Source: Propionicimonas sp.
Lineage (GTDB): Bacteria > Actinomycetota > Actinomycetes > Propionibacteriales > Propionibacteriaceae
Direction of reading: 5' to 3'
DNA: 64,000 nt
NCBI GenBank assembly: GCA_049841235.1
Contig: JASGEM010000030.1
Location: 23,452 to 87,451, forward strand
Part shown: in pieces, positions 9,183 to 19,500 of the stretch
How positions within the stretch are numbered: the first letter of the stretch is position 1
How the letters are laid out: the number at the start of each line of letters is the position of its first letter
Program-made: the position numbers and the translations under genes
The notes under the pieces: generated by a model
What the model was told of the DNA's origin: nothing
The model's database searches: none
What the model saw: only the letters and a program-made list of their open reading frames with translations

Positions 9183-9761
9183 ATGGACGCCAAGGAGGTC
9201 ATGCTGAACCGTCTGCGTTCGCTGCGCGGTGATCTGCTCAGCAAGCTCGACGGCTTGGACGAGTACCAGGTGCGACGGCCGATAACCCCGACCGGAACAA
9301 ACCTGCTGGGGCTGGTGAAGCACGTTGCCAGCGTCGAACTCGGCTACTTCACCGAGGTGTTCGGCCGCGATCCCGGCCGCGAACTGCCCTGGTTCAGCGA
9401 CGGCGCCGAACCCGATGACGATCTCTGGGTGACCGCTGGCGAGACCCGGGAGGAGATCCTGGGCCTCCACCACTACTCGGCTCAGATCAGCGACGCGACG
9501 ATCACCGAACTGGACCTCGACGCCACCGGCGTCGTGCCGTGGTGGCCACCGGAGCGCCGGCAGGTCACGCTGCACCAGATCCTCGTCCACATGCTCGTGG
9601 AGACCGCCCGGCACACCGGCCAGACCGACATTCTCCGCGAATCCCTCGACGGCCGCGCCGGCATGGGCCCGAACGACCAGAACCTCACCCCTCGCTCCGC
9701 CGAGGAGTGGCAAGCGCACGTCGCCCGCATCGAGAACGCTGCCCGCCAGGCAAGCCGCTGA
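9183..9761 (+). CDS. DinB/DUF664 family (mycothiol-transferase-like) protein
   Basis: Reads MDAKEVMLNRLRSLRGDLLSKLDGLDEYQVRRPITPTGTNLLGLVKHVASVELGYF, and later HQILVHMLVETARHTGQTDILRE. ATG at 9183. Confidence 0.85.
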   Translation: MDAKEVMLNRLRSLRGDLLSKLDGLDEYQVRRPITPTGTNLLGLVKHVASVELGYFTEVFGRDPGRELPWFSDGAEPDDDLWVTAGETREEILGLHHYSAQISDATITELDLDATGVVPWWPPERRQVTLHQILVHMLVETARHTGQTDILRESLDGRAGMGPNDQNLTPRSAEEWQAHVARIENAARQASR

Positions 9762-9770
9762 CGGGTGGCG

Positions 9771-12287
9771 TCAGCTTCTGAGTTCGTCGCGGATGACCGC
9801 GGTCCACAGCACGGCCTCACCGGAGGCGGAGTGCTTGCCATCGGATGCCCGGTGGTCCTCCGCGACGGCTCCCTCACGTTCCGCCTTCGACCCTTGTTCG
9901 ACCCGCACCACGGGGTGCAGGACGCGGGTGTGGTCGACCTCGCGGACGGGGCCGGTCAGGTCGACCGGCAGCGCGGCGACGACGTCCGAACTGGAGCGGG
10001 CGAAGCCGAGGTCGATCCGTCCGGGTTCAACGATCCGCTGCCCGTCCGCACCGGTGAAGCTGGTCAGGTCGGGGTGCACCCCGAAGCTCACCTGAACCAC
10101 CTCGCCCGGCTCCAGGGACACCCGGGCGAAGCCGATCAGCCGCTGTACCGGACGGACCACGCTGGCGAAGGGGTCGTGCAGGTACAACTGCACCACCTCG
10201 GCGCCGGCCCGGTCCCCGGTGTTGGCGATCCGGATCGACACCGTCACCGGCTGATCGGTGGCGACCTGCTCGGCCGAGGCGACCGCGTCCGTCCATTCGA
10301 ACGAGGTGTAGCTCAGCCCGTGTCCGAAGCCGTAGGCGGGAGTCGGATCGATGTTGGATACTCCGCTGCGGCGCGCCAAGGGGGCCGCCAGGTAGGTGGA
10401 CGGCTGCGAGCCGGGATCGGTGGGCATCGACACCGGCAGCCGGCCGCTGGGATTGACCCGGCCGCTCAACACGCCCGCGATGGCGCCTGTCCCCTCCTCG
10501 CCGACGAAGAATGCGGCCACGATGGCCCCGGCCCGTGAGCCCGCCGAGCCCAGCGCGTACGGACGGCCCGCGAGCAGCGTCACCACCACCGGGGTGCCGG
10601 TCGCCAGAACCGCCTCCAGCAAGGCCTGCTGAGCCCCGGGCAGGGAGAGATCGGCGGCGTCGCAGCCCTCACCCGAGGTGCCGCGTCCGAACAGCCCGGC
10701 CCGGTCGCCCAGCGCCAGCACCACCACGTCCGCAGCCTTCGCGGCGGCCAGGGCTGCCGCGAAGTCGGTCTCGCCGCCGTCCACCGAGGTGCCCTGGACG
10801 TAGTCGATCGCCGCGTCCGGGAACTCCGCGCGCAAGGCGTCGACCAGGGTGGGAAGCTCCAGACCGATCGGCACCTCCGGGTTGCGGACGCCGACGTGGG
10901 ACGGGAACGAGTAGCAGCCCAGCACCGCGTACGGGTCGGCCGCGTTGGGTCCGATCAGGGCGATCCGCCGGGGCGAGGTCGTGGCGGGTGGGCCACCAGG
11001 AACCGTCCCCGCTGGTCCCGGGTTCAACGGCAGTAGGCCGTCGTTGTGCACCAGGACCACAGCTTGCTCGGCGATCTGCCGGGCCAGCTCCCGGTTTTCG
11101 GGCGGGTCGAGCTGGATGCTGCCGCGCAGCCCGTCCAGATCGTCCAGGTCGGCGCCGGTCAGTGCCGGCGGGACGGGGGAGTAGTCGGCGTCCAGCATGC
11201 CGAACGCGGCCTTCTGCCGCAGCACCCGCCGCAGTGCCCGATCGAGCAGGGTCTCGTCGATCCGTCCGGCTTCGACCGCCTCGCCCAGCGCGCCGTTGTA
11301 GGCCTTCGCCGAGGGAAGCTCCACATCGATTCCGGCTCGCAGCGCGAGTTCACCGGCCTTCACGAAGTCTTCGGCGACGGCATGCAGAGTGTGCAGGAAG
11401 CCGATCGCGAAGTAGTCCGACACCACCGTGCCGTCGAATCCCCAGGTGTCGCGCAGCAACCCGGTCAGCAGAGACGCGTCGGCCGCGACCGCGACCCCGT
11501 CCACATCGGTGTAGGAGTTCATCACCGACCGGACGCCGCTCTCCCGCAGCGCCATCTCGAAGGGAACCGCCAGGACGTCGGCGAACTCCCGCGAACCGAT
11601 CGAGACCGGGGCGAGGTTGCGTCCGGCCTTGGAGGCCGAATAGCCGATGAAGTGCTTCAAGGTGGCGATCACCCCGGTGGATTCGACCCCGCGAACGTAG
11701 GCCGAGGCGACCCGTCCGACCAGGTAGGGGTCCTCTCCGATGGTCTCCTCAACGCGTCCCCAGCGCAGGTCGCGCACCACGTCCAGCACCGGTGCCAACC
11801 CCTGATGGATGCCCAGGGCGGCCATGTCCGCGCCGATCCGCTCGCCCATCCGGCCGATCAGGTCGAGGTTGAAGGTCGCTCCCCAGCTCAGCGGGACGGG
11901 GTAGGCGGTGGCCTGCCAGGCAGCGAAACCGGCCAGGCACTCCTCGTGGGCGATCGCCGGCAGGCCGAGCCGGCTCTCGGTCATGATCCGGCGCTGGGTG
12001 CGCAGCAGCGAGACCGCGCCGACGGCCGGGTCGACCGGGGCGGTGCCGAACGGACGGGTGAGCTGGCCCAGCCCGCGGGGGAGCAGTTCGCCCAGGTCGA
12101 TCGGATCGGACATCTCGTGCTGGTTGGGTGCGACATCCTCGCCGTCCTCGGAGGCGCCGACCCACAGCCCGTAGAGCTGGGCGACCTTCTCGGTCACCGT
12201 CATCTCGGCGATCAGCGCTTCCACACGCTGCTCGACCGGGAGCGAGCTGTCATGCCACGGCCAGGTTGGGGTTTCGGACACGGTCAT
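9771..12287 (-). CDS. Glycoside hydrolase family 3 beta-glucosidase
   Basis: Begins MTVSETPTWPWHDSSLPVEQRVEALIAEMTVTEKVAQL. GH3 motifs include KHFIGYS and a DG-rich segment ending VVSDY. The ATG at 12287 overlaps the permease stop (ATGA). The upstream 195 codons of the tracked ORF are a shadow frame over the permease gene. Confidence 0.9.
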   Translation of the reverse strand: MTVSETPTWPWHDSSLPVEQRVEALIAEMTVTEKVAQLYGLWVGASEDGEDVAPNQHEMSDPIDLGELLPRGLGQLTRPFGTAPVDPAVGAVSLLRTQRRIMTESRLGLPAIAHEECLAGFAAWQATAYPVPLSWGATFNLDLIGRMGERIGADMAALGIHQGLAPVLDVVRDLRWGRVEETIGEDPYLVGRVASAYVRGVESTGVIATLKHFIGYSASKAGRNLAPVSIGSREFADVLAVPFEMALRESGVRSVMNSYTDVDGVAVAADASLLTGLLRDTWGFDGTVVSDYFAIGFLHTLHAVAEDFVKAGELALRAGIDVELPSAKAYNGALGEAVEAGRIDETLLDRALRRVLRQKAAFGMLDADYSPVPPALTGADLDDLDGLRGSIQLDPPENRELARQIAEQAVVLVHNDGLLPLNPGPAGTVPGGPPATTSPRRIALIGPNAADPYAVLGCYSFPSHVGVRNPEVPIGLELPTLVDALRAEFPDAAIDYVQGTSVDGGETDFAAALAAAKAADVVVLALGDRAGLFGRGTSGEGCDAADLSLPGAQQALLEAVLATGTPVVVTLLAGRPYALGSAGSRAGAIVAAFFVGEEGTGAIAGVLSGRVNPSGRLPVSMPTDPGSQPSTYLAAPLARRSGVSNIDPTPAYGFGHGLSYTSFEWTDAVASAEQVATDQPVTVSIRIANTGDRAGAEVVQLYLHDPFASVVRPVQRLIGFARVSLEPGEVVQVSFGVHPDLTSFTGADGQRIVEPGRIDLGFARSSSDVVAALPVDLTGPVREVDHTRVLHPVVRVEQGSKAEREGAVAEDHRASDGKHSASGEAVLWTAVIRDELRS

Positions 12288-13147
12288 CCCTTCACGGCTC
12301 CGGTGAGGCCGCCGACGATCCGCTTCTCGGCGGCGATGAAGAACAGCAGTGCCGGCAGCATCGACAGCGAGGTGTAGGCCAGCACGGCACCGGTGTCCTG
12401 GGAGTACTGGGTGGCGAACTGGGTGACGCCCAGCGGCAGCGTCCACAGGTTCTGCGGCATGCCGCCGGCGGCCATGATCAGCAGCGGTAGCAGGTAGGCG
12501 TTCCAGGAGCCGATGAAGGCCAGGACACCGACGGTGGTCAGACCGGGCATCGAGAGCGGCAGCATGATCCGCCAGAAGAAGCCGATCCGGCTCGCGCCGT
12601 CGATCGCCGCCGCCTCTTCCAGTTCGTCCGGGATGGCACGCAGGAAGGGCACCAGGATGATGATCGTGGTGGGCAACGCGAAGGCGATCTGGGGGATGAT
12701 CACGCCGGCGAAGCTGCCGTGCAGGCCGAGGCTGCGGATCAGCAGGTTCAGCGGCAGCGAGGCGACGGTGAGCGGGAACATCAGCCCGGCGGCGAACAGG
12801 GTGTAGAGCCCCTGCCGTCCGCGGAAGTCGTACTTGGCGATCACGAAGGCCGCCATGATGCCCAGCACACACACCCCGACGGTGGTGCCGACGGCCACCA
12901 GCGATGAGGAGAACAGGGAACCCCAGAAACGGTCCGAACCCAGCACGGTGAGGAAATTCTGCGCATACCAGGGGTTGGGCCAGCCGGCCGGGTTGGCGTT
13001 GATGTCGGCATTGGAACGGAAGCCGTTCAGCCAGACGTACAGCACCGGCACCACGGAGGCGACCACGATCAGGTAGGCGATGACGTAGATCAGCGGGGAC
13101 GACCAGTTGATCCGCCGCTGCGGGATGGACGCGGTGAGCTCAGCCAT
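12284..13147 (-). CDS. Carbohydrate ABC transporter permease (MalG-like)
   Basis: 287 aa with 6 TM helices and the EAA-loop motif PDELEEAAAIDGASRIGFFWRIMLP. Confidence 0.9.
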   Translation of the reverse strand: MAELTASIPQRRINWSSPLIYVIAYLIVVASVVPVLYVWLNGFRSNADINANPAGWPNPWYAQNFLTVLGSDRFWGSLFSSSLVAVGTTVGVCVLGIMAAFVIAKYDFRGRQGLYTLFAAGLMFPLTVASLPLNLLIRSLGLHGSFAGVIIPQIAFALPTTIIILVPFLRAIPDELEEAAAIDGASRIGFFWRIMLPLSMPGLTTVGVLAFIGSWNAYLLPLLIMAAGGMPQNLWTLPLGVTQFATQYSQDTGAVLAYTSLSMLPALLFFIAAEKRIVGGLTGAVKG

Positions 13148-13148
13148 C

Positions 13149-14120
13149 TCAGCGCACCCCCCGGGTGATCGCGCCCGCGAGGTCGCGGCGCATCGCCAGG
13201 CGCTGGTAGACCAGCGCGACGGTCAGCGAGATCAGGAACAGGATGACGGCGATCGCGCTGCCGTAGCCCGGCCGAGTCTGGCCGTTGACGATCATGTACA
13301 CCGCCATCGTGTTGGTGGCGTTGAGAGGACCGCCGCGGGTGGTCACCCAGACCATGTCGAACAGCTGCAGCGAGCCGATCATCGACAGGAAGACCCAGAT
13401 CCGGATGGTCGGGCCGAGCAGCGGCAGGGTGATGTACCACTGCGCCTTCCACCAGCCCGCGCCGTCGATCGCGGCGGCCTCGTGCAGTTCGTCGGGGACG
13501 CCCTGCAGGCCGGCCAGCATGATCAGGATCGCGAAACCGAGGTACTTCCAGCTGATGATGCCGAACATCACCCAGAGCGCGATGTCGGGGTCGCCCAGCC
13601 AGGGACGGGTCCAGTCGTGCAGACCGACCATCTCCAGCAGGGCGTTGATGAAGCCGTTGGGGGAGAGCAGCAGCTTCCAGGAGAGACCGGCGATGACCTC
13701 GGCCAGCACATAGGGGACGAAGATCGCGGCGCGGATGAAGGCGCGTCCCTTGAGCTTGCGGTTGAGCAGCATCGCCGCTGCGATCGCCAGCGGTCCCTGG
13801 ATCAGGATCGAGGCGACCAGGATGGAGAAGTTGTTGCCGATCGCCTGGACGAAGTTGGGATCGGTGAACGCCTCGACGTAGTTGTCGAAGCCGATGAACC
13901 GCTCCAGCGGGGTGAGCCCGTTCCAGTTGAACAGGCTGTACACCGCTGCCAGACCCACCGGCAGGATGACGAAGGTGAGGAAGACGACCAGCGCCGGGCC
14001 GGCGAAGAGGGCGATCTCCAGCCACTTGCGCGCCTGCCCTGACCGGGGGGTCCGGGGGCTTCGCCTGGCCGGGGCAGGGCCCGCGGTAGCCGCGGGCCCT
14101 GCCGATGTGGTCGTTGTCAT
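13149..14120 (-). CDS. Carbohydrate ABC transporter permease (MalF-like)
   Basis: EAA loop PDELHEAAAIDGAGWWKAQWYITLP. Start placed at ATG 14120 (MTTTTSAG); the ORF extends to 14201. Confidence 0.9.
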   Translation of the reverse strand: MTTTTSAGPAATAGPAPARRSPRTPRSGQARKWLEIALFAGPALVVFLTFVILPVGLAAVYSLFNWNGLTPLERFIGFDNYVEAFTDPNFVQAIGNNFSILVASILIQGPLAIAAAMLLNRKLKGRAFIRAAIFVPYVLAEVIAGLSWKLLLSPNGFINALLEMVGLHDWTRPWLGDPDIALWVMFGIISWKYLGFAILIMLAGLQGVPDELHEAAAIDGAGWWKAQWYITLPLLGPTIRIWVFLSMIGSLQLFDMVWVTTRGGPLNATNTMAVYMIVNGQTRPGYGSAIAVILFLISLTVALVYQRLAMRRDLAGAITRGVR

Positions 14121-14139
14121 GGTTGTGGATTGACTGTCG

Positions 14140-15474
14140 TTACAGGTTCGCCGCTGTCTTCTCGAGCGCGTCCACGATGTCCTGTGGCGTGCCCTTGCCA
14201 CCCATCAGGTTGACGATGGCGTCGTTCAGCGGGTTGCCGAACTCCGGGCCCAGGGCGCTGTCGAGCCACAACTGGACGTAGGACGAGGCTGCCAGACCCT
14301 GGGCGATCGCCTTCAGGTTCTCGTCGGTGATGCTGTCGGCGGCAGCCGGATTGACCGGGATGCCGGAACCGGCGGCGCCGAATGCCGACTGGTTTTCCGC
14401 GTTGAGCAGGAATTCGACGAACTCGACGGCGACATCCGGAGCGTCCTTGTACACGCCGAAGCCGTCACCGCCACCCATGGTCACCGTGGGATCACCCGCG
14501 GTGTCGGGAATGCTCGGGAACGGGAACCAGCCCAGGAAGGCGGGAACCTGGCCGTCAGGTGCCAGGGAACCGATCTGGCCGGCGTTCCAGTGACCCATGA
14601 ACTCCATTGCTGCCTTGCCGTTGGCGACCATGCCGGCCGAGGAGTCCGCGCCCTGCTGGGCGGAGGTGGCCAGGAAGCCCTCCTGGAAGGGCTCGATCTT
14701 CATCCACTCCTGCAGCTTCTCGCCCGCCTGGATCCAGCACGGATCGGTGAAGTCGAGCGCCGGAATGGCGGTCTGCAGGGTCTGGACGGAGCAGGTGTTC
14801 AGCGCGAACTGGTACCACCAGTGACCGGCCGGCCACTTGTCGCCCGCGCCGACCGCGATCGGCGCGACGTTGATCGCCTTCAGCTTGGCGACGGCGTCGG
14901 CGAGTTCAGGAAGGGTCTTCGGAGTGTCGGTGATACCGGCCTGGGCGAAGAGATCCTTGTTGTACCAGATGCCGGTGATGCCGAAGGTGTACGGCAGCGC
15001 GTACTGCTTGCCGTCCACCTCCCAGGGCTTCACCACGCCGCCCAGTTCGGCGATCGTGCCGGAGGCAAGGCCGGTGAGATCCTTCAGGTGCCCGGCTTCG
15101 GCCTGGGCGCGCACCTCACCGCCCGGCCAGACCATGAAGACGTCCGGCGCGGCGTCGCCGCCGGCCTGCAGTGCCTGCGGGATCAGGGTGCGCTGGAGTT
15201 CCTCGTTCTGGTAGCCGGTGACCTCGATGGTCACGCCGGGGTGGGTGGCCTCGAAGTCTCGGGCGGCCTTCTCCCAGATGCCCTTCTGTGGATCGGCCGT
15301 GGCGTTGTGCCAGAACCGTAGGGTCACCGGCTCGGACGGCGCGTCCGTGGTCGGCGCCGGTGCAGTGTCAGTGGGGCTGGGGGCCGGTGCTGCCGGCGTG
15401 CAGGCAGCCAGACCGAGTGCCATCGCAGTGGCCGCGAGGCCGGCTACGAGCCCCCGAGTCGAAAATCTGTTCAT
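14140..15474 (-). CDS. ABC transporter sugar-binding lipoprotein (solute-binding family 1)
   Basis: Lipobox LGLAAC after a signal peptide, with a typical family-1 SBP sequence. First gene of the SBP, two permeases and GH3 operon. Confidence 0.9.
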   Translation of the reverse strand: MNRFSTRGLVAGLAATAMALGLAACTPAAPAPSPTDTAPAPTTDAPSEPVTLRFWHNATADPQKGIWEKAARDFEATHPGVTIEVTGYQNEELQRTLIPQALQAGGDAAPDVFMVWPGGEVRAQAEAGHLKDLTGLASGTIAELGGVVKPWEVDGKQYALPYTFGITGIWYNKDLFAQAGITDTPKTLPELADAVAKLKAINVAPIAVGAGDKWPAGHWWYQFALNTCSVQTLQTAIPALDFTDPCWIQAGEKLQEWMKIEPFQEGFLATSAQQGADSSAGMVANGKAAMEFMGHWNAGQIGSLAPDGQVPAFLGWFPFPSIPDTAGDPTVTMGGGDGFGVYKDAPDVAVEFVEFLLNAENQSAFGAAGSGIPVNPAAADSITDENLKAIAQGLAASSYVQLWLDSALGPEFGNPLNDAIVNLMGGKGTPQDIVDALEKTAANL

Positions 15475-15485
15475 CCTCGAACCTC

Positions 15486-15498
15486 TCGAAAGTTTCGA
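15486..15498. promoter_or_regulatory. Candidate LacI-family operator (TCGAAA-G-TTTCGA)
   Basis: Perfect 6-1-6 palindrome 12 nt upstream of the SBP start codon. A half-site repeat GTCGAAAGT follows at 15507-15515. The core matches the site at 6890-6908. Confidence 0.45.
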
Positions 15499-15610
15499 CC
15501 GCGCAGTCGAAAGTGGTTAGGCGCTTTCAGCATAGGTTCGCGGGGGTATGCAGTCAACGGCAACATATTTCGGTGGGGTAACGATTGAGCCTCGCAGCGC
15601 GTGCCGACCT

Positions 15611-15683
15611 CGCAGAAACCGGGTGATTCGTGGTGTCCGCGCCACCTATGCCCGCACCCGGTCGAATTCACCCGGTTTCTGCG
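15611..15683 (-). terminator. Long hairpin (16-bp perfect stem) downstream of the sigma operon
   Basis: CGCAGAAACCGGGTGA (15611-15626) pairs with TCACCCGGTTTCTGCG (15668-15683). It lies between the end of the 93-aa gene and the promoter region of the ABC operon. There is no U-tract. Confidence 0.45.
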
Positions 15684-15764
15684 GGAGGACTGGTCGAGCT
15701 CCCGCTTTCGCGGCGACGGTGGAGGCAGGAACGGGAGTGACTGTGGTTGGAGAGGAGAGGCCGG

Positions 15765-16046
15765 CTACTCCGGATCGGTGAGGGGCACCGCGGGGCTCGG
15801 CTGGTGCTGGACAGTCTTGCGGAACGGCTCGGAGCCCGGCGTCGGCTCCGCGTCGTTGCCGAACAGGGCCGCGCGGGTGGCGGCCTCGTCGGCGAGGGCC
15901 GAGAGGACGCGGAGGCGCACCGGCTCGGGGATGGAAAGGCCGGGCTGACTGCGGAGAAGTGCCTGGACAGCCTGGTCGGCCTCATTGTCGAGGTCTGACG
16001 GTAGCGGCATGGCATCCTCACTGGGCGGCGGTTCGGGGACCATCAT
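15765..16046 (-). CDS. Small acidic protein co-transcribed with the ECF sigma factor (possible anti-sigma or partner)
   Basis: Its ATG overlaps the sigma gene stop (ATGA). It is 93 aa, with no zf-HC2 motif and no TM helix, so the anti-sigma role is only a positional inference. Confidence 0.4.
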   Translation of the reverse strand: MMVPEPPPSEDAMPLPSDLDNEADQAVQALLRSQPGLSIPEPVRLRVLSALADEAATRAALFGNDAEPTPGSEPFRKTVQHQPSPAVPLTDPE

Positions 16047-16597
16047 GCCTCCACCAGGTGTCGTAACAGCGGTGCCAGCTTCGCTCGCCCGCGGGAACAG
16101 CGGCTTTTCACCGTCCCGGGCGCGCAGCCGAGCAGCACCGCGGCCTCATCGATCGAGTAGCCGTCGAGATCGACCAGGATGAGCGCGGCGCGCTGGTCCG
16201 CGCTGAGTTGGGCCAGCGCGTGCTCTACCTCGTCCGACAACTCGCGCTGCAGCACGACCGCCTCGGGCCCGTCCGCCCGGCTGGGTAGCGTGGCGACGAT
16301 CTCATCCCCGGCGAAAGCGGTCGGACGAGCCTTGACCCGGCGCAGCCGATCCAGGCAGGCGTTCAGGACGATCCGGTACAGCCAGGTGCCCACCGCGGCC
16401 TCGCCACGGAAGCCGCCGGCACGACGGAAGGCGGCCAGCATGGCCTCCTGCAGCACCTCCTCGGCGTCCTCAGGACGCTGCAGGGTGCGCAGCGCGAGCG
16501 ACCACAGCCGATCTGCGTGGCGCTGGAAGAGCTCGCCGAAGGCCTCCGGGTCGCCGGCGATGTGTGCGGCCAGCAGGGTGTGATCGTCGCGGGTCAT
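16043..16597 (-). CDS. ECF-type RNA polymerase sigma factor (SigM-like by synteny)
   Basis: Begins MTRDDHTLLAAHIAGDPEAFGELFQRHADRLWSLALRTL, with region 2 in GTWLYRIVLNACLDRLRR and a region 4 HTH in YSIDEAAVLLGCAPGTVKSRCSRGR. The ATG at 16597 overlaps the murJ stop. Confidence 0.85.
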   Translation of the reverse strand: MTRDDHTLLAAHIAGDPEAFGELFQRHADRLWSLALRTLQRPEDAEEVLQEAMLAAFRRAGGFRGEAAVGTWLYRIVLNACLDRLRRVKARPTAFAGDEIVATLPSRADGPEAVVLQRELSDEVEHALAQLSADQRAALILVDLDGYSIDEAAVLLGCAPGTVKSRCSRGRAKLAPLLRHLVEA

Positions 16598-19500
16598 CCG
16601 AGCACCTCGATCTCGGCCACGGCGCCGCGGAAGTAATTCTCCTCCACCGGAGGCAGTTCGGTGAGATAGACCAGCAGGTAGCGGGTCGGCTCGGCGTCGA
16701 AGACCAGCGTGAAGCTGCCGGTGCGGGCGTCCACTCCGGCCACCCGTCGCCACTGCTGCTGCGACTCCATTGGCGCCTCATCGGTGGTGGCCTCGGTCGG
16801 CACCCGGACCTCCAGCGCGGTCGGCCCACCCAGCAGGGTGATCTTCACCTCGCTCGCCTCGCGCACCTCGCCGAGATCCAGCACCAGTCCCACGCCGGGT
16901 TTCAGCCCGCCGAAGTCGGGACGCTTGCGGTACCGCTCTGTACGCCAGGCGGTCTTCCGGTCGCCGTCGATCGCGAGAGCGACCTCCTTCGGGTTCTCCT
17001 GGGCGCTGCCGCCGTCCGCCCGGGGGTCGAAGTCGGTGGCCTTGGCGATCGCCAGCCGGGTGACCCTCGGCAGGGAGGGCTCGGCCGGCACGTCCCCACC
17101 GCCCCCGGAGAGCGCCAGCCAGATTCCCGCCACCGCGACGACCAGCAGACCAGCGCCGCCGAGCCACCAGCCGGCCCGGGAGCCCCGGGAGCGCTGTGCC
17201 GGCTCCGGTGGCGGAGGGACTGGCGTGAAGGGCGGAGGGGTGTCCTCCTCGGCCTTCGGAGCGGAGACGGCACCGATCCCTGAGCCTGACGTCCTGGGAG
17301 CGGGCGAGCCTTCGTCAGGCTCGGGCATCACTCCGCTCACCTCGAAGCGCGGACGAGCCGGCACGGGGACCGGCGGGGCCACCGTGGAGACCGACGGTGA
17401 GCCGTCCTGGGAGTGGTCCAGCCGCAGCCGCAGGTCGCCGGCCGAACTGATCGGGCCCAGCACCAGCGACAACTCGGTGGTGACCTCGGCGGCGGTGACC
17501 AGACGTGAGGCGTGCTGGCGTGGGACGGGGGAGAGGATCCGGTCGACCACCACGTCCACGGGGTGGGCGACTCCGGTGCGCACCTGGCTGGGCAGCAGCA
17601 GCCGTCCCTCGTGCTCGGGCGCGGCGGGCAGCCCGTGGGCCTCCCTGCCGGGCCAGCGAGCGACCAGGCAGGCGTAGAGGAGGTTGCCCAGAGCGGTCAC
17701 GTCCGCCGCCTGGCCGTCGTCCCGGCTGCGCGCGGGAGCACCGGAGAGCACCTCGTCGACCAGCAGACCGATGATCTTCACGTTCCCGCTGGCCGTGATC
17801 AGAACCGTGGACGGGCTGAGGTGGCGGTGGAACACCCCGGCGGGATGCAGTGCGACCAGGGCGTCCGCGACCTCGCGCACCACCCAGGCGGTCTCGGCTC
17901 CGGTCAGTGGACCGCTGGCCAGCACCCGCTGCAGGGTTTGCCCAGTGGCGTACTCGTAGACCAGATAGGCGCCATGCTCCCCGGGAGAGGGCGGGACCAC
18001 GTCCAGCACCCTCAGGAAACGGGAGTCGGTGGCCAACGCGGCCCGGCGCGCCAGCCCGAGCAGGTCGTCGCTGCGCGGGTCGCCCTGTTGCAGCAGATGG
18101 ATCAGCACCGGCCGGGTGAGGACGGTGTCCTCGGCCCGCCAGGTCTGGTGTCCACCGCGCTCGGCCAGTAGTTCGGCCAACCGGTAGCGGCCGGCCAGCA
18201 GCCTGCCGATGTCGATCAGGTTGGTGGGCTCGGCGATCGGGTCGGGGGTCTCGTCGCCGGTCGGCTCGGGGTAGTCGAGGACGTCCGGTGGCGGAGCCTG
18301 CGGATCCACCGAGACGAAGACGCCGACACCGTCGGGATCGGTGTTGAGCGGCTCCGGTTCGGCCGCATCACCGCTCGTCGGGCTGCCCGGAGCCGGGCTC
18401 GGTGCGGAGACCGGGGATGCCGGCACGGCTTCGTCCGGGGCCCACGACCCAGGGTCGGCGACCTGAGCCTCCGTGACAGCGGAGAGGCTGCCGGCGAGAT
18501 CGTCGGTCACCTCGACGGTGGCGACCGGACGCCGACGCAGCACTGAGATCAACTCGCTGGCTTCCGGAATGCCCATGCGCTTGGCCGTGAAGAAGTAGGC
18601 GATCACCGCCAGCCCGCCCGCGGCGGCGAGCCCGATCACCTGCCACAGCAGGCCGCCCATCGAGGAGACCCCGTAGTTCACCCCGAAGGCGAGCGCTGCC
18701 GCGGGCAGCGAGGCCAGCAGCAGCCGGCCCAGGTGGCGCAGGGTGTCATGCCACGGCAGGTCGGGGATCCGCCGGGAAAGCGCCCGATGGGTCAGCCACC
18801 AGCCCAGGAAGTAGGCGACCGAGTAGGACAGCGCCAGCCGGGCGGCCACCGTCCCGGGGGAATCCAGCGCGACCACGAAGGCCACCGCCAGCAACGCGTT
18901 CGCGCCGGAGATCGCGATCTGCAGCAGGAAGGGCGTCCGGGTGTTGTCCAGCGCGTAGAACGCGCGCAGGTAGAGGTACTGGATGGTGAATGGCACCAGG
19001 CCCACCCCGAAGCCCATCAGCGCCCAGGCGACGAACTGGAAGTCACCACCCCCCTGGCCGTGACCGAAGAGCAGCGCGGTGATCGGAAGGGCGAGCGCGA
19101 TCAGCCCGAGACTGGCCGGCACCAGGAAGGTGGTGGCCAGCCGGATCGCCCGGTCGGTCTCCCGGGTCACCCCGGCCAGATCGCCGGCCAGCGCCGAGCG
19201 TGAGGCGGCCGGCAGCATCGCGGTGGCGAGCGAGACGGTCAGCAACGAGTGCGGCAGGATCCAGATCAGGTAGGCGTTCTGATAGGCGCCCGGACCACCG
19301 CCGCCGGCGGAACTGGCGGTCGAGGCCAGGTTGGTCACCACGACCTGTGCCAGCGAGGTCAGCGCCACGTAGCCGACCATCCACTTGGCCACGTGGAAGG
19401 TGCGGCCCAGCCCCGTCCCCTTCAGATCGAACCGCGGACGGTAGCTGAAACCCGCCTTCTTCAGGAAGGGCAGCAGCACCAGGGTCTGGGCGACGATGCC

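Noticed and set aside
8811-9719. 302-aa minus-strand ORF
   Set aside because: It is antisense to the DinB-family gene and has a low-complexity Arg/Pro/Ala/Gly-rich composition. The genuine minus-strand signal here is the HNH relic, which lies in a different frame.
10998-11010. REP family A core AGGAACCGTCCCC inside the GH3 coding region
   Set aside because: I considered a REP insertion. The 13-mer is in frame (it encodes ..GTVPG..), has no partner arm nearby, and the surrounding protein reads through normally. It is most likely a chance or GC-biased match.
10511-12377. 379-aa and 443-aa plus-strand ORFs inside the GH3 gene
   Set aside because: These are Arg/Pro/Gly-rich antisense shadow frames typical of ~70% GC DNA. 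The minus-strand GH3 frame has clear family motifs.
12288-12872. 195-codon N-terminal extension of the GH3 ORF
   Set aside because: It overlaps the MalG-like permease gene in another frame. The ATGA overlap at 12284-12287 gives a natural GH3 start at MTVSETP.
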